From Auanema rhodensis (Eukaryota > Animalia > Nematoda), in NCBI GenBank assembly GCA_964057225.1, contig OZ059896.1, positions 2,356,001-2,420,000 on the forward strand: 64,000 nt of DNA, in the 5' to 3' direction. Positions within the stretch are counted from its first letter, which is position 1, and each line of letters starts with the position of its first letter. Below, piece by piece: positions 10,518 to 24,000 of the stretch. The translations under genes were made by a program, and so were the position numbers. Below the pieces are notes generated by a model, which saw only the letters and a list, made by a program, of their open reading frames with translations, did no database searches and had not been told where the DNA came from.

Positions 10518-13500
10518 AAATCGAGGATATAAGTGTGAACATATATCAGTTAATATCTCGGTGCATTTTTAAGCTAGCGCAAATCTGATAACACAGATCG
10601 ACGCAGCTTAAAAAACCGCATCGAATGCACTATATTACATTGAGAAAAGCTTAATACAAAAATTAGTTATGATCGTTTGAAAAATGATGCATTAGTGTAT
10701 GTTGAGTTTCCATGTACACTCAAAATTGCTTCCAAAAACATTTTGACAAAAATTTTTTCGAAAAATTTCAAAATAATTTAGCAAAAAATAGATGTTTTTA
10801 GATTCCTTCTTTCAAGGCAAAAACGATGGACAATGTTATTCAACGAAAAAATTAATTCTTCAGGGTGAAAATCGAGGATATAAGTGTGAACTTATATCAG
10901 TTAATATCTCGGTGCATTTTTAAGCTAGCGCAAATCTGATAACACAGATCGACGCAGCTTAAAAGTCCGCATCGAATGCACTATACTACATTAAGAAAAG
11001 CTTAATACAAAAATTAGTTATGATCGTTTGAAAAATGATGCATTAGTGTATGTTGAGTTTCCATGTACACTCAAAATTGCTTCCAAAAACATTTTGACAA
11101 AAATTTTTTCGAAAAATTTCAAAATAATTTAGCAAAAAGTAGATGTTTTTAGATTCCTTCTTTCAAGGCAAAAACGATGGACCATGTTATTCAACGAAAA
11201 AATTAATTCTTCAGGGTGAAAATCGAGGATATAAGTGTGAACTTATATCAGTTGATATCTCGGTGCATTTTTAAGCTAGCGCAAATCTGATAACACAGAT
11301 CGACGCAGCTTAAAAAACCGCATCGAATGCACTATATTACATTGAGAAAAGCTTAATACAAAAATTAGTTATGATCGTTTGAAAAATGATGCATTAGTGT
11401 ATGTTGAGTTTCCATGTACACTCAAAATTGCTTCCAAAAACATTTTGACAAAAATTTTTTCGAAAAATTTCAAAATAATTTAGCAAAAAGTAGATGTTTT
11501 TAGATTCCTTCTTTCAAGGCAAAAACGATGGACAATGTTATTCAACGAAAAAATTAATTCTTCAGGGTGAAAATCGAGGATATAAGTGTGAACTTATATC
11601 AGTTAATATCTCGGTGCATTTTTAAGCTAGCGCAAATCTGATAACACAGATCGACGCAGCTTAAAAGTCCGCATCGAATGCACTATACTACATTAAGAAA
11701 AGCTTAATACAAAAATTAGTTATGATCGTTTGAAAAATGATGCATTAGTGTATGTTGAGTTTCCATGTACACTCAAAATTGCTTCCAAAAACATTTTGAC
11801 AAAAATTTTTTCGAAAAATTTCAAAATAATTTAGCAAAAAGTAGATGTTTTTAGATTCCTTCTTTCAAGGCAAAAACGATGGACCATGTTATTCAACGAA
11901 AAAATTATTTCTTCAGGGTGAAAATCGAGGATATAAGTGTGAACTTATATCAGTTAATATCTCGGTGCATTTTTAAGCTAGCGCAAATCTGATAACACAG
12001 ATCGACGCAGCTTAAAAGTCCGCATCGAATGCACTATACTACATTAAGAAAAGCTTAATACAAGAATTAGTTATGATCGTTTGAAAAATGATGCATTAGT
12101 GTATGTTGAGTTTCCATGTACACTCAACATTGCTTCCAAAAACATTTTGACAAAATTTTTTCGAAAAATTTCAAAATAATTTCGCAAAAAGTAGATGTTT
12201 TTAGATTCCTTTTTTTGAGGCAAAAACGATGGACAATGTTATTCAACGAAAAAATTAATTCTTCAGGGTGAAAATCGAGGATATAAGTGTGAACATATAT
12301 CAGTTAATATCTCGGTGCATTTTTAAGCTAGCGCAAATCTGATAACACAGATCGACGCAGCTTAAAAAACCGCATCGAATGCACTATATTACATTGAGAA
12401 AAGCTTAATACAAAAATTAGTTATGATCGTTTGAAAAATGATGCATTAGTGTATGTTGAGTTTCCATGTACACTCAAAATTGCTTCCAAAAACATTTTGA
12501 CAAAAATTTTTTCGAAAAATTTCAAAATAATTTAGCAAAAAGTAGATGTTTTTAGATTCCTTCTTTCAAGGCAAAAACGATGGACAATGTTATTCAACGA
12601 AAAAATTAATTCTTCAGGGTGAAAATCGAGGATATAAGTGTGAACTTATATCAGTTAATATCTCGGTGCATTTTTAAGCTAGCGCAAATCTGATAACACA
12701 GATCGACGCAGCTTAAAAGTCCGCATCGAATGCACTATACTACATTAAGAAAAGCTTAATACAAAAATTAGTTATGATCGTTTGAAAAATGATGCATTAG
12801 TGTATGTTGAGTTTCCATGTACACTCAAAATTGCTTCCAAAAACATTTTGACAAAAATTTTTTCGAAAAATTTCAAAATAATTTAGCAAAAAGTAGATGT
12901 TTTTAGATTCCTTCTTTCAAGGCAAAAACGATGGACCATGTTATTCAACGAAAAAATTAATTCTTCAGGGTGAAAATCGAGGATATAAGTGTGAACTTAT
13001 ATCAGTTGATATCTCGGTGCATTTTTAAGCTAGCGCAAATCTGATAACACAGATCGACGCAGCTTAAAAAACCGCATCGAATGCACTATATTACATTGAG
13101 AAAAGCTTAATACAAAAATTAGTTATGATCGTTTGAAAAATGATGCATTAGTGTATGTTGAGTTTCCATGTACACTCAAAATTGCTTCCAAAAACATTTT
13201 GACAAAAATTTTTTCGAAAAATTTCAAAATAATTTAGCAAAAAGTAGATGTTTTTAGATTCCTTCTTTCAAGGCAAAAACGATGGACAATGTTATTCAAC
13301 GAAAAAATTAATTCTTCAGGGTGAAAATCGAGGATATAAGTGTGAACTTATATCAGTTGATATCTCGGTGCATTTTTAAGCTAGCGCAAATCTGATAACA
13401 TAGATCGACGCAGCTTAAAAGTCCGCATCGAATGCACTATATTACATTGAGAAAAGCTTAATACAAAAATTAGTTATGATCGTTTGAAAAATGATGCATT

Positions 13501-16500
13501 AGTGTATGTTGAGTTTCCATGTACACTCAAAATTGCTTCCAAAAACATTTTGACAAAAATTTTTTCGAAAAATTTCAAAATAATTTAGCAAAAAGTAGAT
13601 GTTTTTAGATTCCTTCTTTCAAGGCAAAAACGATGGACAATGTTATTCAACGAAAAAATTAATTCTTCAGGGTGAAAATCGAGGATATAAGTGTGAACTT
13701 ATATCAGTTAATATCTCGGTGCATTTTTAAGCTAGCGCAAATCTGATAACACAGATCGACGCAGCTTAAAAGTCCGCATCGAATGCACTATACTACATTA
13801 AGAAAAGCTTAATACAAAAATTAGTTATGATCGTTTGAAAAATGATGCATTAGTGTATGTTGAGTTTCCATGTACACTCAAAATTGCTTCCAAAAACATT
13901 TTGACAAAAATTTTTTCGAAAAATTTCAAAATAATTTAGCAAAAAGTAGATGTTTTTAGATTCCTTCTTTCAAGGCAAAAACGATGGACCATGTTATTCA
14001 ACGAAAAAATTAATTCTTCAGGGTGAAAATCGAGGATATAAGTGTGAACTTATATCAGTTGATATCTCGGTGCATTTTTAAGCTAGCGCAAATCTGATAA
14101 CACAGATCGACGCAGCTTAAAAAACCGCATCGAATGCACTATATTACATTGAGAAAAGCTTAATACAAAAATTAGTTATGATCGTTTGAAAAATGATGCA
14201 TTAGTGTATGTTGAGTTTCCATGTACACTCAAAATTGCTTCCAAAAACATTTTGACAAAAATTTTTTCGAAAAATTTCAAAATAATTTAGCAAAAAGTAG
14301 ATGTTTTTAGATTCCTTCTTTCAAGGCAAAAACGATGGACAATGTTATTCAACGAAAAAATTAATTCTTCAGGGTGAAAATCGAGGATATAAGTGTGAAC
14401 TTATATCAGTTAATATCTCGGTGCATTTTTAAGCTAGCGCAAATCTGATAACACAGATCGACGCAGCTTAAAAGTCCGCATCGAATGCACTATACTACAT
14501 TAAGAAAAGCTTAATACAAAAATTAGTTATGATCGTTTGAAAAATGATGCATTAGTGTATGTTGAGTTTCCATGTACACTCAAAATTGCTTCCAAAAACA
14601 TTTTGACAAAAATTTTTTCGAAAAATTTCAAAATAATTTAGCAAAAAGTAGATGTTTTTAGATTCCTTCTTTCAAGGCAAAAACGATGGACCATGTTATT
14701 CAACGAAAAAATTAATTCTTCAGGGTGAAAATCGAGGATATAAGTGTGAACTTATATCAGTTGATATCTCGGTGCATTTTTAAGCTAGCGCAAATCTGAT
14801 AACACAGATCGACGCAGCTTAAAAAACCGCATCGAATGCACTATATTACATTGAGAAAAGCTTAATACAAAAATTAGTTATGATCGTTTGAAAAATGATG
14901 CATTAGTGTATGTTGAGTTTCCATGTACACTCAAAATTGCTTCCAAAAACATTTTGACAAAAATTTTTTCGAAAAATTTCAAAATAATTTAGCAAAAAGT
15001 AGATGTTTTTAGATTCCTTCTTTCAAGGCAAAAACGATGGACAATGTTATTCAACGAAAAAATTAATTCTTCAGGGTGAAAATCGAGGATATAAGTGTGA
15101 ACTTATATCAGTTGATATCTCGGTGCATTTTTAAGCTAGCGCAAATCTGATAACACAGATCGACGCAGCTTAAAAGTCCGCATCGAATGCACTATACTAC
15201 ATTAAGAAAAGCTTAATACAAAAATTAGTTATGATCGTTTGAAAAATGATGCATTAGTGTATGTTGAGTTTCCATGTACACTCAAAATTGCTTCCAAAAA
15301 CATTTTGACAAAAATTTTTTCGAAAAATTTCAAAATAATTTAGCAAAAAGTAGATGTTTTTAGATTCCTTCTTTCAAGGCAAAAACGATGGACCATGTTA
15401 TTCAACGAAAAAATTAATTCTTCAGGGTGAAAATCGAGGATATAAGTGTGAACTTATATCAGTTGATATCTCGGTGCATTTTTAAGCTAGCGCAAATCTG
15501 ATAACACAGATCGACGCAGCTTAAAAAACCGCATCGAATGCACTATATTACATTGAGAAAAGCTTAATACAAAAATTAGTTATGATCGTTTGAAAAATGA
15601 TGCATTAGTGTATGTTGAGTTTCCATGTACACTCAAAATTGCTTCCAAAAACATTTTGACAAAAATTTTTTCGAAAAATTTCAAAATAATTTAGCAAAAA
15701 GTAGATGTTTTTAGATTCCTTCTTTCAAGGCAAAAACGATGGACAATGTTATTCAACGAAAAAATTAATTCTTCAGGGTGAAAATCGAGGATATAAGTGT
15801 GAACTTATATCAGTTAATATCTCGGTGCATTTTTAAGCTAGCGCAAATCTGATAACACAGATCGACGCAGCTTAAAAAACCGCATCGAATGCACTATATT
15901 ACATTGAGAAAAGCTTAATACAAAAATTAGTTATGATCGTTTGAAAAATGATGCATTAGTGTATGTTGAGTTTCCATGTACACTCAAAATTGCTTCCAAA
16001 AACATTTTGACAAAAATTTTTTCGAAAAATTTCAAAATAATTTAGCAAAAAGTAGATGTTTTTAGATTCCTTCTTTCAAGGCAAAAACGATGGACAATGT
16101 TATTCAACGAAAAAATTAATTCTTCAGGGTGAAAATCGAGGATATAAGTGTGAACTTATATCAGTTAATATCTCGGTGCATTTTTAAGCTAGCGCAAATC
16201 TGATAACACAGATCGACGCAGCTTAAAAGTCCGCATCGAATGCACTATACTACATTAAGAAAAGCTTAATACAAAAATTAGTTATGATCGTTTGAAAAAT
16301 GATGCATTAGTGTATGTTGAGTTTCCATGTACACTCAAAATTGCTTCCAAAAACATTTTGACAAAAATTTTTTCGAAAAATTTCAAAATAATTTAGCAAA
16401 AAGTAGATGTTTTTAGATTCCTTCTTTCAAGGCAAAAACGATGGACCATGTTATTCAACGAAAAAATTAATTCTTCAGGGTGAAAATCGAGGATATAAGT

Positions 16501-17185
16501 GTGAACTTATATCAGTTGATATCTCGGTGCATTTTTAAGCTAGCGCAAATCTGATAACACAGATCGACGCAGCTTAAAAAACCGCATCGAATGCACTATA
16601 TTACATTGAGAAAAGCTTAATACAAAAATTAGTTATGATCGTTTGAAAAATGATGCATTAGTGTATGTTGAGTTTCCATGTACACTCAAAATTGCTTCCA
16701 AAAACATTTTGACAAAAATTTTTTCGAAAAATTTCAAAATAATTTAGCAAAAAGTAGATGTTTTTAGATTCCTTCTTTCAAGGCAAAAACGATGGACAAT
16801 GTTATTCAACGAAAAAATTAATTCTTCAGGGTGAAAATCGAGGATATAAGTGTGAACTTATATCAGTTAATATCTCGGTGCATTTTTAAGCTAGCGCAAA
16901 TCTGATAACACAGATCGACGCAGCTTAAAAGTCCGCATCGAATGCACTATACTACATTAAGAAAAGCTTAATACAAAAATTAGTTATGATCGTTTGAAAA
17001 ATGATGCATTAGTGTATGTTGAGTTTCCATGTACACTCAAAATTGCTTCCAAAAACATTTTGACAAAAATTTTTTCGAAAAATTTCAAAATAATTTAGCA
17101 AAAAGTAGATGTTTTTAGATTCCTTCTTTCAAGGCAAAAACGATGGACCATGTTATTCAACGAAAAAATTAATTCTTCAGGGTGA
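10518..17185 (+). repeat. Dimeric higher-order repeat domain (702 bp), about 8 A-B pairs with three interruptions
   Basis: A type (AAAAAACCG...TATTACATTGAG...GGACAAT) alternates with B type (AAAAGTCCG...TACTACATTAAG...GGACCAT). Extra or hybrid monomers lie at 11922, 13325 and 15782. Confidence 0.88.
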
Positions 17186-17535
17186 AAATCGAGGATATAA
17201 GTGTGAACTTATATCAGTTGATATCTCGGTGCATTTTTAAGCTAGCGCAAATCTGATAACACAGATCGACGCAGCTTAAAAATCCGCATCGAATGCATTA
17301 TACTACATGAAGAAACGCTCATCACAAAAATTAGTTATGATCGTTTGAAAAATGATGCATTACTGTATGTTGAGTTTCCATGTACACTCAACATTGCTTC
17401 CAAAAACATTTTGACAAAATTTTTTCGAAAAATTTCAAAATAATTTCGCAGAAAGTAGATGTTTTTAGATTCCTTTTTTCGAGGCAAAAACGATGGACAA
17501 TGTTATTCAACGAAAAAATTAATTCTTCAGGGTGA

Positions 17536-20500
17536 AAATCGAGGATATAAGTGTGAACTTATATCAGTTAATATCTCGGTGCATTTTTAAGCTAGCGCAA
17601 ATCTGATAACATAGATCGACGCAGCTTAAAAGTCCGCATCGAATGCACTATACTACATTAAGAAAAGCTTAATACAAAAATTAGTTATGATCGTTTGAAA
17701 AATGATGCATTAGTGTATGTTGAGTTTCCATGTACACTCAAAATTGCTTCCAAAAACATTTTGACAAAAATTTTTTCGAAAAATTTCAAAATAATTTAGC
17801 AAAAAGTAGATGTTTTTAGATTCCTTTTTTCGAGGCAAAAACGATGGACAATGTTATTCAACGAAAAAATTAATTCTTCAGGGTGAAAATCGAGGATATA
17901 AGTGTGAACATATATCAGTTAATATCTCGGTGCATTTTTAAGCTAGCGCAAATCTGATAACATAGATCGACGCAGCTTAAAAGTCCGCATCGAATGCACT
18001 ATACTACATTAAGAAAAGCTTAATACAAAAATTAGTTATGATCGTTTGAAAAATGATGCATTAGTGTATGTTGAGTTTCCATGTACACTCAAAATTGCTT
18101 CCAAAAACATTTTGACAAAAATTTTTTCGAAAAATTTCAAAATAATTTAGCAAAAAGTAGATGTTTTTAGATTCCTTCTTTCAAGGCAAAAACGATGGAC
18201 AATGTTATTCAACGAAAAAATTAATTCTTCAGGGTGAAAATCGAGGATATAAGTGTGAACTTATATCAGTTGATATCTCGGTGCATTTTTAAGCTAGCGC
18301 AAATCTGATAACACAGATCGACGCAGCTTAAAAGTCCGCATCGAATGCACTATACTACATTAAGAAAAGCTTAACACAAAAATTAGTTATGATCGTTTGA
18401 AAAATGATGCATTAGTGTATGTTGAGTTTCCATGTACACTCAAAATTGCTTCCAAAAACATTTTGACAAAAATTTTTTCGAAAAATTTCAAAATAATTTA
18501 GCAAAAAGTAGATGTTTTTAGATTCCTTCTCTCAAGGCAAAAACGATGGGCAATGTTATTCAACGAAAAAATTAATTCTTCAGGGTGAAAATCGAGGATA
18601 TAAGTGTGAACTTATATCAGTTGATATCTCGGTGCATTTTTAAGCTAGCGCAAATCTGATAACACAGATCGACGCAGCTTAAAAATCCGCATCGAATGCA
18701 TTATACTACATAGAGAAACGCTCATCACAAAAATTAGTTATGATCGTTTGAAAAATGATGCATTAGTGTATGTTGAGTTTCCATGTACACTCAACATTGC
18801 TTCCAAAAACATTTTGACAAAATTTTTTCGAAAAATTTCAAAATAATTTCGCAAAAAGTAGATGTTTTTAGATTCCTTTTTTTGAGGCAAAAACGATGGA
18901 CAATGTTATTCAACGAAAAAATTAATTCTTCAGGGTGAAAATCGAGGATATAAGTGTGAACTTATATCAGTTGATATCTCGGTGCATTTTTAAGCTAGCG
19001 CAAATCTGATAACACAGATCGACGCAGCTTAAAAATCCGCATCGAATGCATTATACTACATGGAGAAACGCTCATCACAAAAATTAGTTATGATCGTTTG
19101 AAAAATGATGCATTAGTGTATGTTGAGTTTCCATGTACACTCAACATTGCTTCCAAAAACATTTTGACAAAATTTTTTCGAAAAATTTCAAAATAATTTA
19201 GCAAAAAGTAGATGTTTTTAGATTCCTTTTTTTGAGGCAAAAACGATGGACAATGTTATTCAACGAAAAAATTAATTCTTCAGGGTGAAAATCGAGGATA
19301 TAAGTGTGAACTTATATCAGTTAATATCTCGGTGCATTTTTAAGCTAGCGCAAATCTGATAACATAGATCGACGCAGCTTAAAAGTCCGCATCGAATGCA
19401 CTATACTACATTAAGAAAAGCTTAATACAAAAATTAGTTATGATCGTTTGAAAAATGATGCATTAGTGTATGTTGAGTTTCCATGTACACTCAAAATTGC
19501 TTCCAAAAACATTTTGACAAAAATTTTTTCGAAAAATTTCAAAATAATTTAGCAAAAAGTAGATGTTTTTAGATTCCTTTTTTCGAGGCAAAAACGATGG
19601 ACAATGTTATTCAACGAAAAAATTAATTCTTCAGGGTGAAAATCGAGGATATAAGTGTGAACATATATCAGTTAATATCTCGGTGCATTTTCAAGCTAGC
19701 GCAAATCTGATAACATAGATCGACGCAGCTTAAAAGTCCGCATCGAATGCACTATACTACGTTAAGAAAAGCTTAATACAAAAATTAGTTATGATCGTTT
19801 GAAAAATGATGCATTAGTGTATGTTGAGTTTCCATGTACACTCAAAATTGCTTCCAAAAACATTTTGACAAAAATTTTTTCGAAAAATTTCAAAATAATT
19901 TAGCAAAAAGTAGATGTTTTTAGATTCCTTCTTTCAAGGCAAAAACGATGGACAATGTTATTCAACGAAAAAATTAATTCTTCAGGGTGAAAATCGAGGA
20001 TATAAGTGTGAACTTATATCAGTTGATATCTCGGTGCATTTTTAAGCTAGCGCAAATCTGATAACACAGATCGACGCAGCTTAAAAGTCCGCATCGAATG
20101 CACTATACTACATTAAGAAAAGCTTAATACAAAAATTAGTTATGATCGTTTGAAAAATGATGCATTAGTGTATGTTGAGTTTCCATGTACACTCAAAATT
20201 GCTTCCAAAAACATTTTGACAAAAATTTTTTCGAAAAATTTCAAAATAATTTAGCAAAAAGTAGATGTTTTTAGATTCCTTCTCTCAAGGCAAAAACGAT
20301 GGGCAATGTTATTCAACGAAAAAATTAATTCTTCAGGGTGAAAATCGAGGATATAAGTGTGAACTTATATCAGTTGATATCTCGGTGCATTTTTAAGCTA
20401 GCGCAAATCTGATAACACAGATCGACGCAGCTTAAAAATCCGCATCGAATGCATTATACTACATAGAGAAACGCTCATCACAAAAATTAGTTATGATCGT

Positions 20501-21041
20501 TTGAAAAATGATGCATTAGTGTATGTTGAGTTTCCATGTACACTCAACATTGCTTCCAAAAACATTTTGACAAAATTTTTTCGAAAAATTTCAAAATAAT
20601 TTCGCAAAAAGTAGATGTTTTTAGATTCCTTTTTTTGAGGCAAAAACGATGGACAATGTTATTCAACGAAAAAATTAATTCTTCAGGGTGAAAATCGAGG
20701 ATATAAGTGTGAACTTATATCAGTTGATATCTCGGTGCATTTTTAAGCTAGCGCAAATCTGATAACACAGATCGACGCAGCTTAAAAATCCGCATCGAAT
20801 GCATTATACTACATGGAGAAACGCTCATCACAAAAATTAGTTATGATCGTTTGAAAAATGATGCATTAGTGTATGTTGAGTTTCCATGTACACTCAACAT
20901 TGCTTCCAAAAACATTTTGACAAAATTTTTTCGAAAAATTTCAAAATAATTTAGCAAAAAGTAGATGTTTTTAGATTCCTTCTTTCAAGGCAAAAACGAT
21001 GGGCAATGTTATTCAACGAAAAAATTAATTCTTCAGGGTGA
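17536..21041 (+). repeat. 5-monomer higher-order repeat, two tandem copies, period 1753 bp
   Basis: Monomers at 17536/19289, 17887/19640 (AACATAT+AACATAG), 18238/19991 (TTCTCTCAA, GGGCAAT) and 18589/20342 (CATAGAG...CATCAC) match in order. Confidence 0.85.
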
Positions 21042-24000
21042 AAATCGAGGATATAAGTGTGAACTTATATCAGTTGATATCTCGGTGCATTTTTAAGCTA
21101 GCGCAAATCTGATAACACAGATCGACGCAGCTTAAAAATCCGCATCGAATGCATTTTACTACATGGAGAAACGCTCATCACAAAAATTAGTTATGATCGT
21201 TTGAAAAATGATGCATTAGTGTATGTTGAGTTTCCATGTACACTCAACATTGCTTCCAAAAACATTTTGACAAAATTTTTTCGAAAAATTTCAAAATAAT
21301 TTCGCAAAAAGTAGATGTTTTTAGATTCCTTTTTTTGAGGCAAAAACGATGGACAATGTTATTCAACGAAAAAATTAATTCTTCAGGGTGAAAATCGAGG
21401 ATATAAGTGTGAACTTATATCAGTTGATATCTCGGTGCATTTTTAAGCTAGCGCAAATCTGATAACACAGATCGACGCAGCTTAAAAATCCGCATCGAAT
21501 GCATTATACTACATGGAGAAACGCTCATCACAAAAATTAGTTATGATCGTTTGAAAAATGATGCATTAGTGTATGTTGAGTTTCCATGTACACTCAACAT
21601 TGCTTCCAAAAACATTTTGACAAAATTTTTTCGAAAAATTTCAAAATAATTTCGCAAAAAGTAGATGTTTTTAGATTCCTTTTTTTGAGGCAAAAACGAT
21701 GGACAATGTTATTCAACGAAAAAATTAATTCTTCAGGGTGAAAATCGAGGATATAAGTGTGAACTTATATCAGTTAATATCTCGGTGCATTTTTAAGCTA
21801 GCGCAAATCTGATAACACAGATCGACGCAGCTTAAAAAACCGCATCGAATGCACTATATTACATTGAGAAAAGCTTAATACAAAAATTAGTTATGATCGT
21901 TTGAAAAATGATGCATTAGTGTATGTTGAGTTTCCATGTACACTCAAAATTGCTTCCAAAAACATTTTGACAAAAATGTTTTCGAAAAATTTCAAAATAA
22001 TTTAGCAAAAAGTAGATGTTTTTAGATTCCTTTTTTCAAGGCAAAAACGATGGACAATGTTATTCAACGAAAAAATTAATTCTTCAGGGTGAAAATCGAG
22101 GATATAAGTGTGAACTTATATCAGTTGATATCTCGGTGCATTTTTAAGCTAGCGCAAATCTGATAACACAGATCGACGCAGCTTAGAAATCCGCATCGAA
22201 TGCACTATATTACATTGAGGAAAGCTTAATACAAAAATTAGTTATGATTGTTTGAAAAATGATGCATTAGTGTATGTTGAGTTTCCATGTACACTCAAAA
22301 TTGCTTCCAAAAACATTTTGACAAAAATTTTTTCGAAAAATTTCAAAATAATTTAGCAAAAAGTAGATGTTTTTAGATTCCTTCTTTCAAGGCAAAAACG
22401 ATGGACAATGTTATTCAACGAAAAAATTAATTCTTCAGGGTGAAAATCGAGGATATAAGTGTGAACTTATATCAGTTGATATCTCGGTGCATTTTTAAGC
22501 TAGCGCAAATCTGATAACACAGATCGACGCAGCTTAAAAGTCCGCATCGAATGCACTATACTACATTAAGAAAAGCTTAATACAAAAATTAGTTATGATC
22601 GTTTGAAAAATGATGCATTAGTGTATGTTGAGTTTCCATGTACACTCAAAATTGCTTCCAAAAACATTTTGACAAAAATGTTTTCGAAAAATTTCAAAAT
22701 AATTTAGCAAAAAGTAGATGTTTTTAGATTCCTTCTTTCAAGGCAAAAACGATGGACAATGTTATTCAACGAAAAAATTAATTCTTCAGGGTGAAAATCG
22801 AGGATATAAGTGTGAACTTATATCAGTTGATATCTCGGTGCATTTTTAAGCTAGCGCAAATCTGATAACACAGATCGACGCAGCTTAAAAGTCCGCATCG
22901 AATGCACTATACTACATTAAGAAAAGCTTAATACAAAAATTAGTTATGATCGTTTGAAAAATGATGCATTAGTGTATGTTGAGTTTCCATGTACACTCAA
23001 AATTGCTTCCAAAAACATTTTGACAAAAATTTTTTCGAAAAATTTCAAAATAATTTAGCAAAAAGTAGATGTTTTTAGATTCCTTCTCTCAAGGCAAAAA
23101 CGATGGGCAATGTTATTCAACGAAAAAATTAATTCTTCAGGGTGAAAATCGAGGATATAAGTGTGAACTTATATCAGTTGATATCTCGGTGCATTTTTAA
23201 GCTAGCGCAAATCTGATAACACAGATCGACGCAGCTTAAAAATCCGCATCGAATGCATTATACTACATGGAGAAACGCTCATCACAAAAATTAGTTATGA
23301 TCGTTTGAAAAATGATGCATTAGTGTATGTTGAGTTTCCATGTACACTCAACATTGCTTCCAAAAACATTTTGACAAAATTTTTTCGAAAAATTTCAAAA
23401 TAATTTCGCAAAAAGTAGATGTTTTTAGATTCCTTTTTTTGAGGCAAAAACGATGGACAATGTTATTCAACGAAAAAATTAATTCTTCAGGGTGAAAATC
23501 GAGGATATAAGTGTGAACTTATATCAGTTGATATCTCGGTGCATTTTTAAGCTAGCGCAAATCTGATAACACAGATCGACGCAGCTTAAAAATCCGCATC
23601 GAATGCATTATACTACATGGAGAAACGCTCATCACAAAAATTAGTTATGATCGTTTGAAAAATGATGCATTAGTGTATGTTGAGTTTCCATGTACACTCA
23701 ACATTGCTTCCAAAAACATTTTGACAAAATTTTTTCGAAAAATTTCAAAATAATTTAGCAAAAAGTAGATGTTTTTAGATTCCTTCTTTCAAGGCAAAAA
23801 CGATGGGCAATGTTATTCAACGAAAAAATTAATTCTTCAGGGTGAAAATCGAGGATATAAGTGTGAACTTATATCAGTTGATATCTCGGTGCATTTTTAA
23901 GCTAGCGCAAATCTGATAACACAGATCGACGCAGCTTAAAAATCCGCATCGAATGCATTTTACTACATGGAGAAACGCTCATCACAAAAATTAGTTATGA

